Assembly: GCA_964429275.1 (NCBI GenBank) | Contig: CAYSBJ010000001.1 | Span: 1 to 64,000 of the forward strand | DNA length: 64,000 nucleotides | Direction: 5' to 3' | From: an uncultured Pseudomonadota bacterium | GTDB lineage: Bacteria > Babelota > Babeliae > Babelales > JAUPTZ01 | Part shown: positions 24,101 through 33,100 of the stretch, one piece after another | Numbering within the stretch: position 1 is the stretch's first letter | How the letters are laid out: each line of letters begins with the position of its first letter | Made by a program: the position numbers and the translations under genes | The notes under the pieces: model-generated | The model's input: only the letters and a program-made list of their open reading frames with translations | Told to the model about the DNA's origin: nothing | Database searches by the model: none

Positions 24101-27100
24101 GTAAGAGAAGGAATATCATACGTCCAAACGTCCGTATCATCATCATTTGCCCAGCTGTGAGTACTTGCAGTGTACGTATATGCTGGGCTGCTATCGCCAT
24201 CAATATACCAGCTAGAATCAGCAGTTTTTACTTTGTACGAAAAACTAACTGCCGGTGTGTCAGATAACGTTGCACCATTATTCCGCCATGCAATTGTTGT
24301 CAATATTGTATCGCTAGGAATAGTAAAAGTTGCATGATCATTAAACGCTCCACCTGCCAGCGTCCATACACTTGAGCTGTTCTGCGTTACTATATTTTTA
24401 GCCTGCAACGCATTCCACAACGTATCAACAAAAGCCTTTTGCACGACTACGAGCGGCGGGAGTCCATGAGCAGGCGCCCCTGAGAAAGCCGTTATCTGTT
24501 GCCACGCGTTAGCAAGCAACAAGTAACGATATACCCACGAATGAACCCCATCATTACATGACCAGCGACCTGTGGTTGGATCATAGGTCCATACTGCATC
24601 CCCATTATTCTGAGACCACTGCAAGCCTTGTAAGCTTGATTGCCATGTCACAGACTCTCCTTCGTCAGTCCATGTTGCAGTCGCCGGGTCATATGACCAC
24701 GCCTCAGTCGTTTGAAGATCAGCCCACATGGCGGGTCCTGAGTTATACTGCCACACTTGAGGGAACCGGGGATCAACCATACATGTAAAAGTAAAATCGC
24801 CCGTTTCAACCGAATAAGAAGTCAATGAGTACGCACCGTTAAGAAATGACGAACCGCTTACTCGATTACCAGTAACATCACCAGTCGATGGTGTATACGC
24901 AGCAATAAAATCATTTGTACTATTCGCAACAGGATACGCCCCACTATGCACAGCACCCACAGTCCAGTTGGTTTTTCCTGATTCAGCAAAAACACCAATC
25001 TTCAGAAACGCATTTAAAATGAAACTACTATACATTTGCTGCACTAAAGGCAACGGTGGTGTAATAGAAGGCAGCGTCGCACCTGAGGATAAAGCCTGCC
25101 ACGGATTTGAAGACGCCGTCAAATCATACGTCCATCGCTTAGAATCGGCTATGTGCACCCAGCACACATGCGCTGCGTCCCACAACCACTGCACTTCATC
25201 CATACCGCCAAGATCATAAATCCAGTATCCGGTTGTGGCATCAAAGGTCCAAACTTCACCCGCCGTTGGTGTCCAAGTAAGCCCTAGCGAATCATACTCC
25301 CACAACGTACTATGCGCTACGTCAGTCCATAAGCCAGACTCAGCATCATACGTATACGCAGCAGTAGAACTGCCATTGCGATACCACGTGTTATCACCTG
25401 TTGCTACGTCATAGGTATAATTCAATGCTGGCACTAGCGCTGCATCGTTGCCATCAGTACGCCACTCAATAGTTGCCAAAGACGGATCATCCATTGCTAC
25501 TGTTAATGTAGCGGAATCATTGAAATAACCACCGCGCAATGACCATTCATAATCACTTACTTGTTCAACCATTGCTTCATGAGCAAAAACATTTAAAAGA
25601 GAATTCAAATACGCCTTCTGTATAACGACATACGGCGGCATGCCTGAAGCTGGCGCTCCAGCGAAAGAAGTAACCTGCTCCCACGTATTAGTAAGCAGAT
25701 TAAAAGACCACACCCACGCATGGGTACCATCATTGTGCGACCACTGACTGGAACTTGGAGTGTATGTCCAGACAGCTGCACCGCTATTTTTTGACCATAT
25801 CAAGCCCGTCACATCAGACACCCATGTCGTTGAGCCACCAACAAGCGTCCACGCTTTTGTGCTTGGCGCATACGACCATTGCTGATTTGTTTGCGCATCC
25901 GTCCAACGTTCCGTATTACTATCAAAGCTATATTGCTTTGTCGCTTGTGGGTCCAAGGTAAGCTGCCACGTAAAATCACCCGTACCGGTATCATTCGTTA
26001 TTGTTAATGCAGACCACAATTGCCCATTAATTATGCCAGTGCCGCTATTATACGTAGCAGTAAAATCATCAGAGCCGTTATGTAAAGCAAATGTAGTACC
26101 TGATGTTACAGAAGAACTAAGAGCCCAATCAGAGGAACCTCGACCATCAAGAACATTGGCCGCAATAAAAGAATTAATGAGCCGCAGACGATACATCTGT
26201 TGCAACAATGGAAGTGGTGGCGTCATCGCTGGTAATTCCGCACCAAAAGTCACTGCATGCCAAGGGCTTGAAGTTGCAGTAAAATCATAAACCCACAGAG
26301 CGCCACTGGCACTATGTTCCCAAACTGCAGTCGTCGGATGCCACAACCAATGAACACTCGTATCAGAAATCCAATGCCCTGAAGCAGCATCATATCTCCA
26401 CGTATGGCTATCGGTATGAGTATGCGTCCATTGCTGCGTTAATGGCGCATACGTCCATGTATCACCGCCAACCACGTCAGTCCAATTCCCGGTAGAATTC
26501 ACATACGTATATGCAGGAGTTGAGTTATGCGCCGCCGTATACCAGTTATCATTACCATTCAAGAAAGTATAAACGAACCGTACCGCTGGCGTTGTTGACA
26601 GATGGCTACCGTTATCACGCCAAGTCAATGAAGCAGTAGACGCATCAACAGGCACGGTTAACGTGGCTAAGTCATTATAGTAACCACCAGTTAATTTCCA
26701 CACTGTATCACTCGTTTGAGCCACTACAAAAGTCTCATCAAGTGCTGCCCACAAAGAATCAAGAAAAGCCTTTTGCACGACAACTAATGGGGGAAAGCCA
26801 TTCGCTGGCTGACCAGCAAAAGCTGAGATTTGTTTCCAAGTATCAGCAAAAGCTAAGTATTGCCACTGCCAGATACCATGACCACTATCATAGGACCAAT
26901 ACCCGGTTGAAGGGGCATATGTCCATAATGCATCACCGTCGTTCTGCGACCACTGCAATCCTTGCAAACTCGATTGCCATGTTGTTGAACCACCCACACG
27001 CGTCCACGTTCTTGTCGACTTACTATACGACCATGATTCATTGCTTTGGCTACTCGTCCAAAGGCCAGTTGTTGAACTGTACTGCCATGATTCGGTCCAT

Positions 27101-30100
27101 CGCAAATCTATCGAGCGACGGAAAACAAAGTCACCATGCTCAATATCATACAACGGCAAGAAATACGCTCCATTTATAAAGCTATAGCTACTGACACGCT
27201 GCCCCGCTATGTTACCACTTGTTAGTGCATAGGTAGCCGAAAAATCATTCGTACTATTGGCCAATGGATACGCTCCACCGCTAACCGTCCCAAGAACCCA
27301 ATCTGCTTTCCCGCTCTCAGCAAAAACACCGCCGGACAAGAAGGCATGAAGCACTCGCGCACTGTACATCTGCTGAATCAGCGGCAATGGTGGTGTCACC
27401 GCCGGCACTGTCACACCTGCTGTAAGCGAAACCCACGGGTTTGACGCAGCAGTTAGATCATATATCCACTGATGATTACCGGTGATATCTTGCCATAAGC
27501 CAGTATCTTGATTCCATAACCATCGAACGCCATCATTAGAAGTCCAATATCCGGTTGACGGAGTATAGGTCCACGTTTGTGTAGAACCAGCAAGAGACCA
27601 GCGCTTTAGTGACGGATTATATGTCCAAACACTTGTCCCAGCAGCATTTTTCCAGGTGCCAGTGTTTGCAGTATACGTATATGCTGGATTCCGACTTGCC
27701 AAGGTATACCATATAGAGTCACCGGTATTTATTACATAAGAAAAGTTTATATCCGGCGTCTTTGTTAGATCATTTCCTTTGTTACGCCACGCAATAGACG
27801 CGGTGCCACCAACAGCAGGCATTGTAAATGTAGCGTAGTCATTAAAGTATCCACCAGTCATCGTCCACTTAGTAGCAGAAGTTTTAGATGTAGTACAAAG
27901 ACCACCAACGGTATTCCATAGTGAATCTAAATAAGCTCGTTGAACAACCATTAATGGAGGAACACCGCCTGCTGGACTTCCGCTGTTAGTAGATATTTGT
28001 CGCCACGACTCTGCCAAGAAATCATACTGCCATACCCATAAACGAGTGCCATCATTATACGACCATTCATTTGTCGTCGGTGCGTACATCCAGACTTGAG
28101 CACTACCATTACGAGACCATCGATTTGTCGTCGGATTTTGTTGCCAAGTTGTAGAACCGCCAGACAACGTCCACATCTTCGTGCTTGGGGTATATACCCA
28201 CGCTTCAGATGTTTGTGCGTCGGTCCAGGTATGCGTACTATTACTATACGACCAACTTTTTGGTGTTTCGGGATCAACAGCAAGGGTCCACGTAAAACTA
28301 CCGGTTTGTGTCGTACTTGTAACATTCATAAACGATAGCAGTTGCGCCGTTAAAATAGTAGTAGTTGGGGTATACGTAACAACCGTATCATTAGCTCTAT
28401 TTTGCAAAGAAAAGACCCCACTTGCAGGTGATGGCGAGCGGAATACCCAATTCGAAACTCCAATCGTATTGAATGCACCCGCCGTCACAAATGACTTCAG
28501 TACACGCGTATAATAACACTGTTGTACTAACGGTAATGGCGGTGTAATCACAGGCAACGACGCACCAGCTTCCACGGCAGTCCAAGAGTCTGCGTAGCGC
28601 GTGAGATCGTACAACCAATGCTTGCCAGTTTCTACCTCTTCCCATAACCCAGTTGCCGTATCCCACGACCAAGAAACAGCATTGTCACCCTCAAAATCAT
28701 ACACCCAGTGGCCAGTAGCAGTATCAAAAGTCCATGCAACGCCAATTGCTGGTGTCCAGGTTTGAGCTGAGTCATCATATGTCCAGGAAACCCCGCTAAA
28801 AACATCAGTCCACAGGCCAGTTGAAGCAACGTATCTATAACTTGGATCGGAACTAAGAACGGTATACCAGGAAATATCTCCCGTTCTTAGAGTACCCGAA
28901 AAACTAATTGCCGGTGTCGAAGTCAAATCATTTCCTCGATCACGCCAAGTTAATGTAGCCAGCTGGCTATCGCTTGGCACTATTAAAGAAGCATAATCAT
29001 TAAAATACCCGCCAGTAACCGTCCAATTACCGGAGCTCAGCTGCTGTGCCGTAGTAGTCGTGGCAAGCTGGCACCACAACGAATCAACCAAAGCCTTATG
29101 CACCACCATTAACGGCGGCAGGCCATGAGCAGGCAAACCAGCATGCGAGCTTATTTGTTCCCACGAACTAGAAAGAGCCAAAAAGCGCCACACCCAAGAG
29201 CGAGACCCATCGTTGTAAGACCAATGCCCATTAGATGGTGTGTACGTCCATACTGCTGCACCAGCATTCTGTGACCACTGCAACCCTTGTAGGCTTGATT
29301 GCCACGTAGTAACACCATCAGGACCAACCCAAATATTAAGATCAGCATCGTACGTCCATTGTTCGCCGGTCTGCAAATCACTCCATGTTGCCGGCCCCGA
29401 GGCAAATTGCCATGTCCGCGGAAGACGAGGATCTATCGAAAGCACAAAAGTAAAATCGCCGTGCTCTATGTCGTATTCCACCAGGGAGAACGCCCCATCT
29501 ACAAAAGGATATGTCGTACTTACCAGTCCTCCTGTTACTACCCCATCAAGAGTAGTATATGAAAGATTGAAGTCTGCCGTTCCATTGGTAACCGGATAAA
29601 CACCCGCGACTGGTGCCCCCACGCTCCAGTCTGCATGCTCACTTTCTGCAAAAACCCCTGCCGCCAAGAATTTGTTAAGGACCCGACTGCTATACATAAG
29701 CTGCGTAAGTGGCAATGGTGGTGTTACCGCGGGTAACGTTGCACTAGCGGAAAGACAAACCCATGGGCTTGAAGGATTAGTAAAATCATAAACCCACTCA
29801 CTACCATCGCTCACGACTGTCCACGTAGCCGCCTCAGCATCCCACAACCACTGAATAGGACTCGTCCCATCAAAATCATAGACCCAATAACCAGTTGTAT
29901 CATCAAAAGACCATACCTGACTGCCGCCCGAAGTCTGGGTCCAAACCCGTTCTAAGTCATTATATGTCCAGGTATTTGCACCAGCAGCATCACTCCACTG
30001 ACCAAATGATTGGCTATCTACTGCTCCATTATACGTTGCCGATGGGCTCGCGTTTCCATTGCTGTACCAATTAATATCGGTCGTATTCAGAAGATAATTG

Positions 30101-33100
30101 AAAGAAACAGCAGGGATTGAGCTCAAAATTCTACCATTACTACGCCACGAAATAGCCGTCCGTGTTACATCGGTTGGAACAGTTAAGGTAGCGTGGTCGC
30201 TAAAATAACCCCCGTCCAGTGTCCATGTAGAACCACTTGTCGCCGTTACCAACGCAAGACCATTCAGCACTGTCCACAGGGAACTAGCAAAAGCATGCTG
30301 AACAACAACCAATGGCGGAAAGCCATGTGCTGGTTGCCCCGCAAAGGTTGAGGTCGCTTGCCACGTATCAGACAAAGCACAGTAACGCCACGTCCAAATA
30401 CCATGACCGCTATCGTATGACCAGCGACCAGTAGCAGGGTTGTATACCCACACAGCCGCATCGTTATTTTGAGACCAATGCAACCCTTCTGCAGTTGACT
30501 GCCACGTAGTCAGACCATCAGAGCTTGTCCACGTGTGACTATTTGCTGCGTAAAGCCATTGTTCACTCGTTTGACTGTTGGTCCACCTCGAAGAATTAGG
30601 GCTATATTGCCATAATTCTGACCAGCGAGGGTCGATTGTTCTTCTAAAGGCAAAAGCCCCTGTTTCAATATCATATGAGCTAAAAGAAACGGTGCCATTC
30701 ACATAACTGTAAGCACTCACCAAAGCACCAGTTGTCACCCCTGTACCAGCATTACATGAACCGGTAAAATCGCCGGTACTATTGCTTACCGGATACAGGC
30801 CGCTAGCAAGAGTCCCCACAATCCAATCTGTCTTGCCGCTCTCAACATACGCACCGCCAGACAAAATACCTTTCAATATGCGAGCACTATACATTTGCTG
30901 TATCAATGGCAATGGCGGTTTAACCGATGGTACTGCCGCACCAGCCAGGAGTGGTTGCCAAGCTCCTGAGGTTACCGTCAGATCATAAAGCCATTGCACA
31001 CCAGTAGATATATCAGTCCACAAGCCCTTTCTTGGGTCCCATAACCATCGATTACCACCATTTGAAACCCAATAACCGGTCGTAGTATTAAATGTCCATG
31101 TCGCAGTTGTACCAGTCTGCGCCCATTTTTTTTGCGTTGGGGTATAAGTCCAAGTACTGCTTGCACCAATATCAGTCCATAAACCAGTACTTTGTACATA
31201 GGTATACGCCAATGCCCCCGCGCTATACCAACTTGAATTGCCAGTGTTTACGATATACGTAAAATTAACTTCTGGCGTTACGCCTAAGTTATAGCCGTGG
31301 CTTCGCCACGCAATAGTACCAGTAGCACTCCCTGATGGCTGAGAAAAAGTGGCGTAATCATTGAAGTAACCACCAGCCAACCTCCACGCCGTAGGACCAG
31401 TTGATGTAACAACAAAAGCATTATCGATCGCACTCCACAATGAATCCAAGAACGCTCGTTGCACCACCATTAACGGCGGCAATCCTGTAGCCGGCATACC
31501 AGAATAAGAAGAAATTTGCTGCCAAGAATCAGCTAAAAAGCTGTACTGCCATACCCATGAGGAAGTTCCATCATTATACGCCCAATAACCCGTGCTTGGA
31601 TCATAACTCCAGGGCGTAGTACTCCCATTCTTTGACCACTGAAATGTCGTCGCGCTGCCCTGCCAAACCGTTGTTCCACCAACTAAAGCCCAGGCGCTCA
31701 TCGCTGGCTCATACTGCCATTGTTCATTCGTCTGCACATCAGTCCACAAGTGCGTACTACTATTGTATGACCAGCTGTTTGGCACTTGAGGATCGGTCGT
31801 ATTCATCCACGTATAGTTGCCCATCTGGCCAGTACTCGTAATTGCCATAAGCGAGAGAAGTTGAGCTTGCACCGTGCCGCTTTGCGGATTATACGTTGCC
31901 GTAATATCGTCAGCCGTATTCTTAAATGAAAGAAGACCGTTAGCAAAAACGGGGGAACTAAAAATCCAATTCGGTATCGCATTCGTATCAAAAGCGCCAC
32001 CAGCGACAAAGGCATTCAGAACTCGTGCTGCAAACTGTTGGTGCACCAACGGCAATGGCGGCACTACTGACGGCAATGTAGCGCCAAAAGTAACGGCCTT
32101 CCAAGGATTTGTGGTAGCGGTTAAGTCATACAACCATTCATTACCCGTTGAGACTTCTTTCCAAAGCGCTGTAGCTGGTTGCCACAACCAATCAGCAGAA
32201 CCAGAACCACCACTGTTATATACCCAATAACCGCTTGTTTTATTAAAACTCCATACCTGGCTCCCGCCACTCGTCTGTGTCCATACGTGTGTCGTCCTAT
32301 TATAAGTCCAGGTAGTTCCACGTACAATATCGGCCCAAACACCGTTGCTTGCTACGTATGTATACGCAACCGAGCCAGCAGTAGACCACGAAACGTTACC
32401 ACTAAGAAGCGGCGCAGAAAAACTAACTGCTGGTGTTGAACCCAAACTGCCACCATTATCTCGCCACGTTAAGGTAGTCGAGGCATTGTCAGAAGGAATG
32501 CTAAGACTTGCATAATCATTAAAGTAGCCACCAGTCACTTTCCAAGAAGTACCACTCACTTGCGTTACAACCGCCAACTCTCCTACCGCATTTTTAAGAG
32601 TATCAATCAATGCTTTTTGTATCACAACTAACGGCGGGAGACCACCAGAAGGCAAGCCAGGATGGCTACTTATCTGCGTCCAAGTGCCGGCTAATTCAAG
32701 GTATTGCCATACCCAGGCATGCACGCCGTCATCGTATGACCAACGACCAGTCGTCGGATCATAGGACCATACCGCGGCACCAGCATTTTGGGACCACCGC
32801 AGGCCCTGTAAACTTGACTGCCACGTCGTTAACCCGTCTGATGAGGTCCAGACACCAGACGCGGGAGTGTATCCCCACGTTGCACCTGTCTGCAAATCTG
32901 TCCAAGTACGAGTGCTAGAACTATATTGCCATCCCTTGGTAATTCGCGGATCAACAGTACAATTAAATACAAAATCGCCCTGCTCTATTTTGTATGAAAC
33001 AAGGGAGTAATCACCATGTATGAACGGATATGTACTTACCCTCGAACCAGAAATAACACCAGTTTCCGTATTATAAGTACCGGTGAAATCACCAGTGCTA